Part shown: piece after piece, positions 41,131-51,335 of the stretch
Layout of the letters: every line of letters begins with the position of its first letter
Position numbering within the stretch: the first letter of the stretch is position 1
NCBI GenBank assembly: GCA_964602985.1
Contig: CAZRTJ010000014.1
Location: 33,356 to 97,355 of the forward strand
DNA: 64,000 bases
DNA from: an uncultured Bacteroidota bacterium
GTDB taxonomy: Bacteria > CLD3 > SB21
Reading direction: 5' to 3'
Position numbers and translations under genes: made by a program
Notes under the pieces: model-generated
The model's input: only the letters and a program-made list of their open reading frames with translations
Databases searched by the model: none
Told to the model about the DNA's origin: nothing

Positions 41131-41296
41131 GATCACCGATCGTCTGAAACTCGATTGACTCCTCTGCATGACCTCAGCCGGACTGTCGTGGACCCAGAGG
41201 AACTGGAGAGTCGCACACAGCCTTCCCGCCGCCCGTATCTTATTGAACGCAACTTGTTTACATTGAGGCGGGTATTAGGTAGAATAATATCGACGA

Positions 41297-42799
41297 ATGA
41301 AGTTAGGCCGCCTGGCTGGGAGACGTGATATGTCAGATCATCGGACGTCCGACGGACCACCAAACGAATTGAATCGTCGCATGGATCGAAGTACTCTTTT
41401 GGGCGTTCTTACCGGCGGGGCAGTACTTGTCGGGTCGATGCTCGTACTGGCCGCTGTGGCCGTCCTGCTCGGTTGGATGCAGAGGGACGAGACCGGATCA
41501 ATCAATCTGGGCCCATGGCTGGCGCTTGAAGTCTTGGGTGGCGCTGCCGCCAGCGTTCTGGCCGGATGGGTTTGCCGGAACATCTCTCATCGACTTCGTG
41601 GGCCGGTGGTTCTGGCTCTTGTGGTTTGTTCCGTAGGCCTTCTCGAAGCTGTCGAGATTCTTCACTACATCAAGGGGAATACAGTCAAGGCCCCGATTTG
41701 GCTGGTCTTGATCGCTCCGTTCGTAGCGGCATCGGGAATTTTGCTCGGCGGATTCCGGCGATCGCAGGGCGATGCCGTCGGGATTGCGCAATCGCTGACC
41801 GCCCGCCTGACTACTGTGTGGAGATATGCCATCCCGGTAGCAGTGCTTCTTGCGGCTACACTGCTCGCGCTCTTCGTACTTCCGACTCAGACGAACTCAC
41901 AGACAACGGTCCTGGCGTCTGCACTTACGCTGGACCTGACCGTAACATTTCCTGGGCTCGTCTATCTATTCCTGGTTAGGACTCGACGATTGCCGTGGAT
42001 CGCCATTGTTCCGTCGGTCGTACTCGGATATTTCGCAGCCACTTTGGCAATCCCCGATGCGCACCACGACTTATTGGAGAATCTGCGACTGTTGGTTATA
42101 CCGGTGGAATTGACGGTCGTCACCTACCTGTTGATTCGGGCGAGGCGAATCTTCTTGGCAATTCCGGAAGGAAGTGGAGATTTTGTCACGCGCTTTCGCT
42201 CGGCGACGGCGGACATGCTCGGAAGTCGTGTTGCCGCAGGAATCTTCGCAACGGAAATCGGGATCTTGTATCATGCATTCAAATGGAGGACGCCTCCAGT
42301 TGCAAACGCCACCTGCTATACGGTCCACCGCAAGTCGGGATATGGGAGTGTCTTGTTCGGGCTGTTCATCGCACTACTTGTGGAGGCTATCGCCCTGCAT
42401 TTCCTTATCAGCCAGTGGAGTCACACTGCCGCATGGATTCTGACAGGCCTCACCGGTTATGCGGTGGTTTGGTTCGTCGGTGATTACCGGGCTTTCCGAG
42501 CGCGCCCGATTCTCATCACGCCGACAGATTTGCGTGTTCGCGTAGGCCTTCGCTGGGAGATCCGAGTCGACATGGATAACCTCCGGGAGATTCGGGTTCA
42601 TTTATCCCAGAAGGAAAAATCGAGCGATGCACTCAGCGCAGTTGTACTTGGAAAAGCAAACGTGTGCCTGAAACTAGTCCGTCCGGTTGAAGCCGTTGGG
42701 ATGTACGGAATTCGAAAAAGCACGAGTGAAATCTGGTTGCAAGTCGACGATGCCGATCGGTTGTACAACGAGTTGCAGGCCAGCCAGGCAAGCCGATGA
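41297..42799 (+). CDS. polytopic membrane protein, hypothetical
   Basis: At least 8 hydrophobic helices; no family recognised. Confidence 0.55.
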   Translation: MKLGRLAGRRDMSDHRTSDGPPNELNRRMDRSTLLGVLTGGAVLVGSMLVLAAVAVLLGWMQRDETGSINLGPWLALEVLGGAAASVLAGWVCRNISHRLRGPVVLALVVCSVGLLEAVEILHYIKGNTVKAPIWLVLIAPFVAASGILLGGFRRSQGDAVGIAQSLTARLTTVWRYAIPVAVLLAATLLALFVLPTQTNSQTTVLASALTLDLTVTFPGLVYLFLVRTRRLPWIAIVPSVVLGYFAATLAIPDAHHDLLENLRLLVIPVELTVVTYLLIRARRIFLAIPEGSGDFVTRFRSATADMLGSRVAAGIFATEIGILYHAFKWRTPPVANATCYTVHRKSGYGSVLFGLFIALLVEAIALHFLISQWSHTAAWILTGLTGYAVVWFVGDYRAFRARPILITPTDLRVRVGLRWEIRVDMDNLREIRVHLSQKEKSSDALSAVVLGKANVCLKLVRPVEAVGMYGIRKSTSEIWLQVDDADRLYNELQASQASR

Positions 42800-42894
42800 A
42801 GGGGAAGGGCCACGCATCGCACTTGAAAAGACTCCATCATCCTCTGAAGCCGCATTCAATCGCTGTCGGCATGCGCTGGTAAGGATAACTGATA

Positions 42895-43743
42895 ATGGGT
42901 AAGTGGCTTTTGATCTCGATTGGACTTATCGCAATTGGCATTGTCATCGCTGTTGTCATTGGGCAGGCACGGGAAAGCGCTAAGACGAAGGAACTGGTAG
43001 AAACACTTATGGAGAGCGCGTCCCAGCCAGGCAACATCGATTTTGACTCGTTCTCAGAACTGCCGCCTCCGGTTGCCAGCTATTTCAATCATGTTCTACC
43101 AGACGGGCGCAAACCGATCAGAACGGCGACGATACGTCAATCGGGATTGCTGCGAACCAGCGCGACGACTGACAGCTGGGCTTCATTCACGGCGCGTCAA
43201 ATAATTGTGCCGCCCGCAACCGGCTTCGTCTGGAACGCCAAGGTCGAGATGCCATTGGCCACACATATGCGCGTTGTGGATAGCTACTGTGCCGGTGTCG
43301 GCTCGGGTCGAGTGAGCCTTTTGTCGGCATTTGCAGTCGCCTCAGAGAGTGGAGCGCCCGAGCTGAACTCGGGGGCATTGCACAGGTATTTGGCCGAGGC
43401 GGTTTGGTTTCCCACCGCTCTTTTACCTCAGTCAGGTGTCGCGTGGACGCCGATTGATGATCGAACAGCACTGGCAACCCTGACTAACCACGGCACGACC
43501 GTGTCGCTGGAGTTTCGGTTCAACGAGGCCGGAGAGGTGATAAGTATTTACAGCCCCGGTCGCTTCGGCAGATTCGACGATGGATACAAACAAGTGCCAT
43601 GGGAGGGACACTTTCGCGATTATCAAGTGCGGTCGGGTATGCGCGTTCCGCTGTATGGCGAAGTGGGCTGGTACGTTGACGGTACGTTACAAATAGTCTG
43701 GAAAGGAAATCTCATCGACGTGCAGTATGAGCTTGGATCGTGA
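42895..43743 (+). CDS. membrane-anchored hypothetical protein
   Basis: N-terminal TM segment MGKWLLISIGLIAIGIVIAVVIG followed by a globular domain. Confidence 0.5.
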   Translation: MGKWLLISIGLIAIGIVIAVVIGQARESAKTKELVETLMESASQPGNIDFDSFSELPPPVASYFNHVLPDGRKPIRTATIRQSGLLRTSATTDSWASFTARQIIVPPATGFVWNAKVEMPLATHMRVVDSYCAGVGSGRVSLLSAFAVASESGAPELNSGALHRYLAEAVWFPTALLPQSGVAWTPIDDRTALATLTNHGTTVSLEFRFNEAGEVISIYSPGRFGRFDDGYKQVPWEGHFRDYQVRSGMRVPLYGEVGWYVDGTLQIVWKGNLIDVQYELGS

Positions 43744-43825
43744 GCATTATGAAGGCGTCCTCGAGGCACCGCGTCGCGATTGTGAACAGCGTCATCAGGC
43801 ATGGCTATTGAACAGGAGAATTGAA

Positions 43826-44326
43826 ATGCACAGGTACGTGTCCATCTCAGGACTGCTGGTGTGTCTCGTGGCTTGTCGTGGGCCGGGCGAGGATGTCACG
43901 GCTGTGCGCATCGCAACGGCGGAGCGATTCTTCAGAGGCGTCTACGGCTGCGATTCAAGCGTCGTGGACGAGCTGGCCAGTGACGATGTCGTGGTCTCCT
44001 ACCCGATCTTCAAGACCATCTTTGCAACGCCCTCCATTCGTGGACGCGCGGCCGTCCGGAAGTTTGCCTCCGGTTTCTGCGAACGGTGGGCTGAGCCGCA
44101 CATTACCATTCATGAATCGGTCGGTGAGAAGACAAGGTTGTCCTGGTATGGAGTTTCCGGGCGCGCAATGTCGGATCGGCCCGACAAGGAATACAGCCGA
44201 CCCATCAGGAACACTGGCATCACGCTGTACCGCTTCGACAAGAATGGAAAAATTGTAGCCGAGATAGGTGAAGAGAGTGAACCCGGACCGATACAACGCC
44301 TGTCGGACGAAACACCCACCCAGTAG
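43826..44326 (+). CDS. SnoaL/NTF2-like lipoprotein
   Basis: MHRYVSISGLLVCLVACRG lipobox; AGGAGA 6 nt upstream; NTF2-like size and pattern. Confidence 0.45.
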   Translation: MHRYVSISGLLVCLVACRGPGEDVTAVRIATAERFFRGVYGCDSSVVDELASDDVVVSYPIFKTIFATPSIRGRAAVRKFASGFCERWAEPHITIHESVGEKTRLSWYGVSGRAMSDRPDKEYSRPIRNTGITLYRFDKNGKIVAEIGEESEPGPIQRLSDETPTQ

Positions 44327-44431
44327 ATGGTTTTCAGCGGATCCTCAACGGTGTTTTCGCCATGATTGATGTTAGACTCCAAAAAGGCGAACCTCACATG
44401 CGGCTAATTTAACTCAGGAGGTAGTCGTTAC

Positions 44432-45214
44432 ATGAGTCAATCTTTCAGGAATATTTTGATAAACTCGACGCTCGCGTTTGTCTCGGCATTTATCATGACC
44501 ACTTTCGTTCACGAATTCGGACATTTCTTGTCTTATGAATTTCTTGGCGCCCATCCGACCCTCTTTCACAATTACGTCCAAACACAGACGCAATCGCTGA
44601 GCATACCCGCCAAAATCATTTCCGCCATGGCCGGTCCGGTGATCAGTTTGATCCAGGGTCTCGTTTTTGGACGAATTGCTGCGACAAGGAAAGGAAACGG
44701 GATCAGCCGTCTTTTCGTTCTTTGGTTCAGTTTGCTGGGCTTTGTCAATTTCTTTGGATACCTGGTGACGACGCCATTTTCGACGGCGGGAGATACGGGA
44801 AAAGTTGCGGAGATGCTGGGGATCGGTTTCGCCGGCAAACTTGGAATCGCTCTGGTTGGATTGGTTCTCTTGCTTTGGATCCTTACCAAAGTCGCCGTGA
44901 ACTTTGGTCACTTCATCCATGAACAAAACGATAGAGTCCTACGAGCGAAGTACATTTATCGGATCATGTTCTTCCCCATTCTGATTGGAAGCCTCGTCAA
45001 AGTCATTCTGGCGTTTCCCGCTCCGGCAGTACTCAGCATCCTCTATCCGGCAACGAGTTCGTTCGTCATCATGAGTTCATTCCCTGCCATTCTTCGATCT
45101 GTCAAGACTCAGACAATCAGACCACCATTTGAAGACCGGATCATGAAATCCATGATCGTGCTGGCGGTGTGCATGATTCTATGGAATCGAATTTTGACGC
45201 TTGGCATAGGATAG
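44432..45214 (+). CDS. integral membrane protein with HExxH motif (putative membrane zinc metalloprotease)
   Basis: FVHEFGHFLS sits within the first TM region; multiple TM helices. Confidence 0.45.
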   Translation: MSQSFRNILINSTLAFVSAFIMTTFVHEFGHFLSYEFLGAHPTLFHNYVQTQTQSLSIPAKIISAMAGPVISLIQGLVFGRIAATRKGNGISRLFVLWFSLLGFVNFFGYLVTTPFSTAGDTGKVAEMLGIGFAGKLGIALVGLVLLLWILTKVAVNFGHFIHEQNDRVLRAKYIYRIMFFPILIGSLVKVILAFPAPAVLSILYPATSSFVIMSSFPAILRSVKTQTIRPPFEDRIMKSMIVLAVCMILWNRILTLGIG

Positions 45215-45235
45215 AGAGGCCGGGCTCGGGAACAC

Positions 45236-45798
45236 GTCGCGCCGATCGGCGTGCGACCCCGGACAAACCGCGGTCACCGACGCACCCAGTTGTTTCAGAA
45301 ATTGGACGGCGGCCGATCCAATGGCTCCGGTCGCGCCGTTGACAAGCACACGACTGCCTGCGCGGATATTCACTTTCGTGATGAAGTTATACGCATAGTG
45401 CGCTCCTTCCATGCTGGCGGCGGCTTCTTCGAATGAAATTCCCTCGGGGATCCGGTCGATGGCGCGATGTTCGGCGATCGTGAGAAAGTCTGCGTGCGAG
45501 GCGCAATCCGGCGTCGTCGAAACCCCACACGCGATCTCCGATCCTGCAAGCGCGTCACCCGCTCTCCCGCCTCTTCGACCACCCCTGCGAAATCCGTTCC
45601 GGTTACCGGCACGCGCGGTTTCGGCCAGCCGAGCATGAGCTTCATGATCGCCGGCTTGCCGGTGAGGATGGCGCAATCAGTGCGATTCACCGTTGTCGCA
45701 CGGACACGGACCAGCAGTTCGTTCGGTTTGGGCACAGGCCGGGGAAGCTCCTCGATGCGAATCGATTCCGTGCATCTGTAACGAACCGCAGCTTTCAT
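45236..45798 (-). pseudogene. truncated/frameshifted paralog of the 25854-26812 MDR oxidoreductase
   Basis: N-terminal part MKAAVRYRCTESIRIEELPRPVPKPNELLVRVRATTVNRTD (45370-45798) and middle part ...AEHRAIDRIPEGISFEEAAASMEGAHYAYNFITKVNIRAGSRVLVNGATGAIGSAAVQFLK (45179-45676) lie in different frames. The 3' third is missing. Confidence 0.7.
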
Positions 45799-45869
45799 GT
45801 CGTATCACCTGACGTTCGCGTCTGAGTTCACGTCGTACCTTGCATTTGGGGATACGCTGACATAGACTT

Positions 45870-46748
45870 ATGAGTGTGGAGGGTAACGTGAACTTTCGCA
45901 TCCCGATCCTGTTGACGGTCTGGTTCTTTTGCGTCTCACACATGCCGGTCGCTGGCCAAAACCGGGAACCTGCCGTCAACTTCCTCATGAGCCACGGAGA
46001 CTCTGTCTGGGTCAAGCGCTTCTTCCCTGTCGATCCGTCCCACGGCGCGAAGGCTGTTTTGATTGTGCCCGGATGGCCGGCTGTTGGAAAGGATGTTCTC
46101 GGCCTCGGAGCAGCGCTGAGTTCGAAAGGAATCCACGTCCTCATTCTGCACCCTCGTGGACACAGTGAAAGCCGTGGACAGGCAACTTTCCAGAACGCCC
46201 TGGAAGACGTGGCTGTTGTGTGGAACTGGATGTCATCCCTGGAGGGCGGTCGCATCGACCCGGATCAAAGGGTCCTGCTCGGTTACAGTTGGGGCGGAGG
46301 GATTGCGCTCGCCTTTGCTGCGCAGGACATATCCGTCAGGCGCGTAGCGTCAATCGCCGGCAGCGATCACGGTTCCTTCATTCGACGAGTGGACCGTGAC
46401 TCGGCCTACGGATCATTCATGCGCCGCGTGCTGGAGTCGACCCGCGCACCCGGCGGTCCGGTTCGCTTTGATGTGGAGTCCGCTCTCGAAGAATTGCGGA
46501 CCCACCACAAGCAACACGATCTTGTTACAGTTGCGCCCAGACTCGTCGACCGGGATGTTCTCATTGTTGCAGGCTGGGATGATCGAGAGGTCGAACTCGA
46601 ACATCAAGTGTTGCCCTTCTATCGGGCGCTTCGTACGGCGAATTCCACTTCGGTGGCTGTGCTGTCCTATCAGGACGATCATGCACTGCGCAAGGTGCGG
46701 CAGGAAATGGCTGAAGCGATTTTTCAGTGGATACAGAACAAGCAGTAG
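45870..46748 (+). CDS. alpha/beta-fold hydrolase
   Basis: GYSWGG nucleophile elbow (GxSxG); signal-like N-terminus. Confidence 0.7.
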   Translation: MSVEGNVNFRIPILLTVWFFCVSHMPVAGQNREPAVNFLMSHGDSVWVKRFFPVDPSHGAKAVLIVPGWPAVGKDVLGLGAALSSKGIHVLILHPRGHSESRGQATFQNALEDVAVVWNWMSSLEGGRIDPDQRVLLGYSWGGGIALAFAAQDISVRRVASIAGSDHGSFIRRVDRDSAYGSFMRRVLESTRAPGGPVRFDVESALEELRTHHKQHDLVTVAPRLVDRDVLIVAGWDDREVELEHQVLPFYRALRTANSTSVAVLSYQDDHALRKVRQEMAEAIFQWIQNKQ

Positions 46749-46810
46749 CGCGATCGTAATTCGCGACCGCCGTGACGAGACATCCAGTCGCAACGATCGA
46801 GAGGACGCAA

Positions 46811-47878
46811 TTACCGTTCCGTCACCTCCGGCCTTCCCATCACGGCTTCATTCTCTCCCACCAGACGTTGGAATGTTTCACGCAGATTTGGATTGTCCTG
46901 CAGACGCATCGTCGTGTCATGTTCCGGATCGTCGTCATTTTGCCAACGCTCATTCCACCAGGAGAAGCCGATGATGCGAGGCCAACGGCGGCTGATGAGG
47001 TCCGCAAGTGCTGACTCCGCCCAATCGGCCTGATCGCCGAGCGGATGACCGGCGGTCACGCCGAATTCCGTCACAATGATCGGCTTGTCCTGTGACAGCG
47101 CGGTCAGTCTCGGATACACAGCATCCATGTCGTCGCGAAAAGAAGTCCAGTATTCGTCCAGGGGCCTTTGAGCGCCGTACAAACTTACGCCGATCCAATC
47201 CACCCACTCATCGCCGGGATAGTAGTTCTCGAAACGGTTCCAGTTCTCATCCGGTATGTCATTGTGGTTGACGTGGAATACCCAGGTGATATTTACCGCG
47301 CCTTCCTCTCTCGAGAGCTGAATGATGCGGCGGTATGCGTCGCGGAACCGCTCGGGGCCATCGGATTCTTCCGGCAAACCGTATGGAGTCAGGGAGTCGC
47401 CGCCATTCCAAACCCCATTCCACGAGAACCATTCGCCGTTCATCTCTGTGCCGTATTCTGCAAGAATGGGAGAGCCGAACGTCCGAGCGTCCCGGGCCCA
47501 GGCGCGCAGATCGCTGTCAAAATCACCCTCGATGATTCGATCCAGCGTGAACGTCGGCTCAGTATTTCCCTGCACTGCATCGCTTCGCAACATCAATCTG
47601 ATGTACGGGATACTTCCTGCATTTCGAATCCAGGTGGCGGTCGCAATTGGAAAGTGACGATCCCGGTACCAGTTGTGAGAGAAATAGACCCAGGCGGCGG
47701 ATTTTCCAGCGGCCTGCTCATACGAAGTCAACTCGTTCGTCGTGATGTCGTCTTCTTCCCCGGTCACGCCGCCCGGATAACAGGCGTGATACATACCTCC
47801 GGCAGGCGGGACGTCGATCCTTGTCGTGTGCGTCGATGAAGCCATCTCACATCCCATGACGCATAACATGACCAGCAT
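46811..47878 (-). CDS. glycoside hydrolase, GH26-like (beta-mannanase family) lipoprotein
   Basis: EYGTEMNGEWFSW resembles the GH26 acid/base motif (H/E-EMNG-W); VTEFG for the nucleophile region. Start chosen at MLVMLCVMGC. Confidence 0.55.
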   Translation of the reverse strand: MLVMLCVMGCEMASSTHTTRIDVPPAGGMYHACYPGGVTGEEDDITTNELTSYEQAAGKSAAWVYFSHNWYRDRHFPIATATWIRNAGSIPYIRLMLRSDAVQGNTEPTFTLDRIIEGDFDSDLRAWARDARTFGSPILAEYGTEMNGEWFSWNGVWNGGDSLTPYGLPEESDGPERFRDAYRRIIQLSREEGAVNITWVFHVNHNDIPDENWNRFENYYPGDEWVDWIGVSLYGAQRPLDEYWTSFRDDMDAVYPRLTALSQDKPIIVTEFGVTAGHPLGDQADWAESALADLISRRWPRIIGFSWWNERWQNDDDPEHDTTMRLQDNPNLRETFQRLVGENEAVMGRPEVTER

Positions 47879-47949
47879 CCAGCAAGATTCACTAACGGAT
47901 TTGATTGCGACAAATGGAAGCCGGGTTCGAAGGCATGGTAGAAATAGTC

Positions 47950-49479
47950 TCACGGCACGATTGCTTTGTGCACCCATCTGACGCGGCCTTGTCTGTCGAC
48001 ATATCCTGAATCCTTTTCGGATCGGAATGCGGCAAGGTCTCCGCGAAACGGTGAAAGTTCGGACCATCCGCCCGTTGCGATGACTTGCCAATCCGTATCC
48101 ATCAACCCGGCAACTTCTTCTTTGCGGAAGCCCCATCGATTGTCCGCGAGCTTCTCCAGCGCATCGTATTCCGGCTTGCGGCGCTCTGTCAGCTTCCTAT
48201 CCACAACTCCCAACTTGCCGCCGCGTGAGAACTTCGCCAGACCTCCATGAAATTCCCAGATCGAATCGGCGGCGAACTCAGGATGGGTTATCCATTGTCC
48301 CGTGGAGTCCATGGCGCCCCAGTGGCGGATTTCCATGGGAGGAACGTACTCCTGACCCTCGCGTGTCGTGACATGCATCCATTCGCGCTTCATCACGAGG
48401 ATCACATCCTCCGTTTCGGGATGGACGACGGCTTCGTATTGATTCCAGGACGGCTGTCCAAGCGAATCCGGAAACATTCTGATCGTACCCCACCTGCGGT
48501 AATCGTGGTAATGACTGACGAGAACCAGATGATTGGACAATTTGCGATAGCCGATGTACAAGTCCGACAACCTCACCGGCTCGAAATTCGTTTTGTAGAA
48601 CGTCGTGACGGTTCGGTGAATCACGCCATCGGCCGGACCGATGTCTTCCTTGAACGCCGAATGAAGAGACCATCCATGCGCCAATGGAACGAGGTCAGGA
48701 GAAAACGGGACACTCATACCCGTCGTATCCACTTTGGACCAGAAGGTAACCGCACGCGGCATGGGCGACCACAGCGGCCCGGGCATCATTTCTACTTCTT
48801 GGACGATGGAATGATGGCGTATGAAGATGGATGCGTCCACGCGGCTCTTTTTCGGTGGCAGAATCCAGTTTCCGTCACGGTCGATCAGGCCGAGACCGTT
48901 CTCGGTCGCCGCCCATGCACGGTCGTCGCGAAAATCCGAAACTCTCAGGAATTGAGCGGGAATCCTGACAACACCACCGCTATCCAAAAAGCCATACCGA
49001 TCCCCTTCACGATACCACGCCAGACCATCCGCCCATCGGCCCGTTTCCTCGAAATGAGGAGGCAAGACCATTCGCCCGTGATCATCGATCAAACCCCATC
49101 GCCCGCCCTTCTTCATGGGGTAACTGTATGTGCCTCCATGCCGATACTCGATTGTCCAAACCGGTCGGAAGTGCATTGATCGGTTGTCTTCCGTGAGACG
49201 AACGTCATCGGGATGCGGCAGGGCGATCACGCTGTCGAAACTTCCGGAGACCAGGTGACCTCGACGGTCAATCAAGGTCCATCCTGAATCACCAAGTACC
49301 CAGGAAACATGATTCCTGAACTCCATAACCCTTGCGTACCGAGGCTCGATGATCACATGTCCGGTGGAGTCGATGAATCCCCATTTTCCATTCTCAATAA
49401 TGGGATAGAGAAATTCCGGCGACGGCCGCGAACACGATGCGAGCGCCAACAGAAGGACGGAGACAAGTTTTTTCTTCAT
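47950..49479 (-). CDS. WG/KWG repeat-containing lipoprotein
   Basis: MKKKLVSVLLLALASCS lipobox; repeated G(K/R)WG(F/L)ID motifs (GKWGFID, GRWGLID, RYGFLD). Confidence 0.75.
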   Translation of the reverse strand: MKKKLVSVLLLALASCSRPSPEFLYPIIENGKWGFIDSTGHVIIEPRYARVMEFRNHVSWVLGDSGWTLIDRRGHLVSGSFDSVIALPHPDDVRLTEDNRSMHFRPVWTIEYRHGGTYSYPMKKGGRWGLIDDHGRMVLPPHFEETGRWADGLAWYREGDRYGFLDSGGVVRIPAQFLRVSDFRDDRAWAATENGLGLIDRDGNWILPPKKSRVDASIFIRHHSIVQEVEMMPGPLWSPMPRAVTFWSKVDTTGMSVPFSPDLVPLAHGWSLHSAFKEDIGPADGVIHRTVTTFYKTNFEPVRLSDLYIGYRKLSNHLVLVSHYHDYRRWGTIRMFPDSLGQPSWNQYEAVVHPETEDVILVMKREWMHVTTREGQEYVPPMEIRHWGAMDSTGQWITHPEFAADSIWEFHGGLAKFSRGGKLGVVDRKLTERRKPEYDALEKLADNRWGFRKEEVAGLMDTDWQVIATGGWSELSPFRGDLAAFRSEKDSGYVDRQGRVRWVHKAIVP

Positions 49480-49983
49480 GAGATTCTGTGAAGGTTCAGG
49501 AGTGCAAGCAGATTGCGCGTCAACATAGCCAAGTATGGCGTGATCGTCAACGATGGATTCTCCGAATGGATTTTTTCGACAACGGCACTGTGAGGCAAAG
49601 AAAACGAGTGAGTCCGCAATCGCTGAAGCGTCTTATGTTCCGAAGCCCAGAGACGTGTAGATGTTTGACAGGGGGATCAAGGAAGTTAGAGCATTACTCA
49701 ATCTCGTTGCGAATCCGGTCCAGCGGGCTTTCACTTCTTTTTCAGGCGTGGCCCCTTGGTTTAGTTTCTGTTACGCAATTCAATCTACTAAACCGCTACG
49801 CCATTTTCTTTTTACAGATAATTAGCGACATCACCATTTGACTTTGTCTATTCTATCGATGTATGTTATCGCATCTCCAGTTTGTGGGCACGGTTTTCAC
49901 CGAGAGTGTTTGAATATTGATTTGCAACGTATCCGGTCACGGGTAGCGGACTGTCACATAACGCTAGAAAAGGAAAAATTCAC

Positions 49984-50526
49984 ATGCACGGAATGATCTT
50001 TATTGAATTGAAGAAGTTTGTGGATAAAATCATGGGACCCAAAGGTTGGCCTGAGATCATCGAGGCCGCTGCGATCGGTTCCAGCTTTCACATGCCTAGC
50101 CAGTCTTATCCCGACACCGATTTCTATGGACTCTTGAAAGCCATCGCCGACAAGAGTGGAGTGGCCCGTGACGACATGTTGACACAATTTGGCGAGTTCA
50201 CCATTCCCGATCTGTTGAAGACGTATGGGGGCGTCATTAAGAAGGAATGGAGCCTGATGGATCTTTTGGAACGGATCGAGGACACCATTCACACCGTGGT
50301 CAGGATGCGCAACAAGAACGCGACGCCACCGAGCCTCAGTATTGCAAGAATCGATGAGCATACAGTCAAGATTTTATATTCTTCAGAACGTAAGCTGTGT
50401 TTTTTTGGCAAGGGTCTCATCAGAGGTTTGGCATCCCACTACAGGATTCCAGTTCGCATAATCGAGAATACATGTCAACACCGAAACGACCGATGCTGTG
50501 AAATCGTCGTAGCTCACGCAACATAA
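49984..50526 (+). CDS. stand-alone H-NOX (haem NO/O2-binding) sensor domain protein
   Basis: His103 in ...EDTIHTVV, Pro115, and Y132-x-S134-x-R136 (ILYSSER) match the H-NOX proximal His, Pro and YxSxR haem-propionate motif at the canonical positions; 180 aa. Confidence 0.8.
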   Translation: MHGMIFIELKKFVDKIMGPKGWPEIIEAAAIGSSFHMPSQSYPDTDFYGLLKAIADKSGVARDDMLTQFGEFTIPDLLKTYGGVIKKEWSLMDLLERIEDTIHTVVRMRNKNATPPSLSIARIDEHTVKILYSSERKLCFFGKGLIRGLASHYRIPVRIIENTCQHRNDRCCEIVVAHAT

Positions 50527-51185
50527 CAGTTCCACCCTGGCTTGATGTTGAGGAAGCGCTCGTGGAACTGCTTTGAACAGGTAGGTCAGACGTCCCTCAT
50601 ACATGGCCGGTGGAAATGGACTGCAACCGTCTGCAACTGAGAAAATATGGTTGGCAGGATCACTCAAAGGGAAGATCGTCTGTGATTAATCCCACAAACC
50701 TACTTCAGAAGACGGGCCTGTCAATGGAGTACTCGCGTATTTCACCGCACCGAACGAATCCTTGATGGAGCGGCTTTCAGGCGAAAGTTGAGGGAAAAAG
50801 CAAATCCGCAGTATGGGGAGCGTTGGAGAGCAATCGAGCATCAGCGAGCTTAGCGGAGCGAACTCGACCCTGGAGCGCGGCGACACCTAACGAAATTACA
50901 CAGCAGGGAGGCGGACGATGACTCATTTCAGAATCAACATCCTCCGATGGCGGCCTATCCGGCGCATGATCCTTTGGTCGGGATTCCCTGTCGTCCTTCA
51001 GGGGATCGTCCGGGCCAGCGGCGATGGCTAACAACAGCAGGAGGCGGAAGATCCTCCCCCGACGCTAAACCGGAGCATTAGCCGGGCCATGTGTTTACTC
51101 TCTGTCCCGCGGAGGCAGACGGGTCTGACAATTTCCAGACATATTTATCCGATCACATGGAAAGGCCCTTCATGAAACGAACAAA

Positions 51186-51305
51186 CGACCTTCGAGTTCG
51201 GTTATCGAGCGAAGTCGAGATAACTTCGCTCGATGACTGGATCGGCCTCCGAGCGGGAGTCGAGGAGGCCGGAATCGGAACGGATCTGCAACCATTTCCA
51301 GGCTC
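51186..51305. repeat. REP-like element (two hairpins: TTATCGAGCGAAGT/ACTTCGCTCGATGA and GGCCTCC...GGAGGCC) flanked by ~28-bp direct repeats
   Basis: The sequence (T)CCGATCACATGGAAAGGCC(C/T)T(T/C)CATGAAACGAA occurs at 51136-51180 and 51306-51350 on either side of the element. Inverted copy at 60170-60255. Confidence 0.6.
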
Positions 51306-51335
51306 AGTTGTCCGATCACATGGAAAGGCCTCCTC

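Noticed and set aside
50527-50570. Inverted repeat CAGTTCCAC...GTGGAACTG after the H-NOX gene as an intrinsic terminator
   Set aside because: The loop is 26 nt and there is no U-tract, so this is not a convincing Rho-independent terminator.
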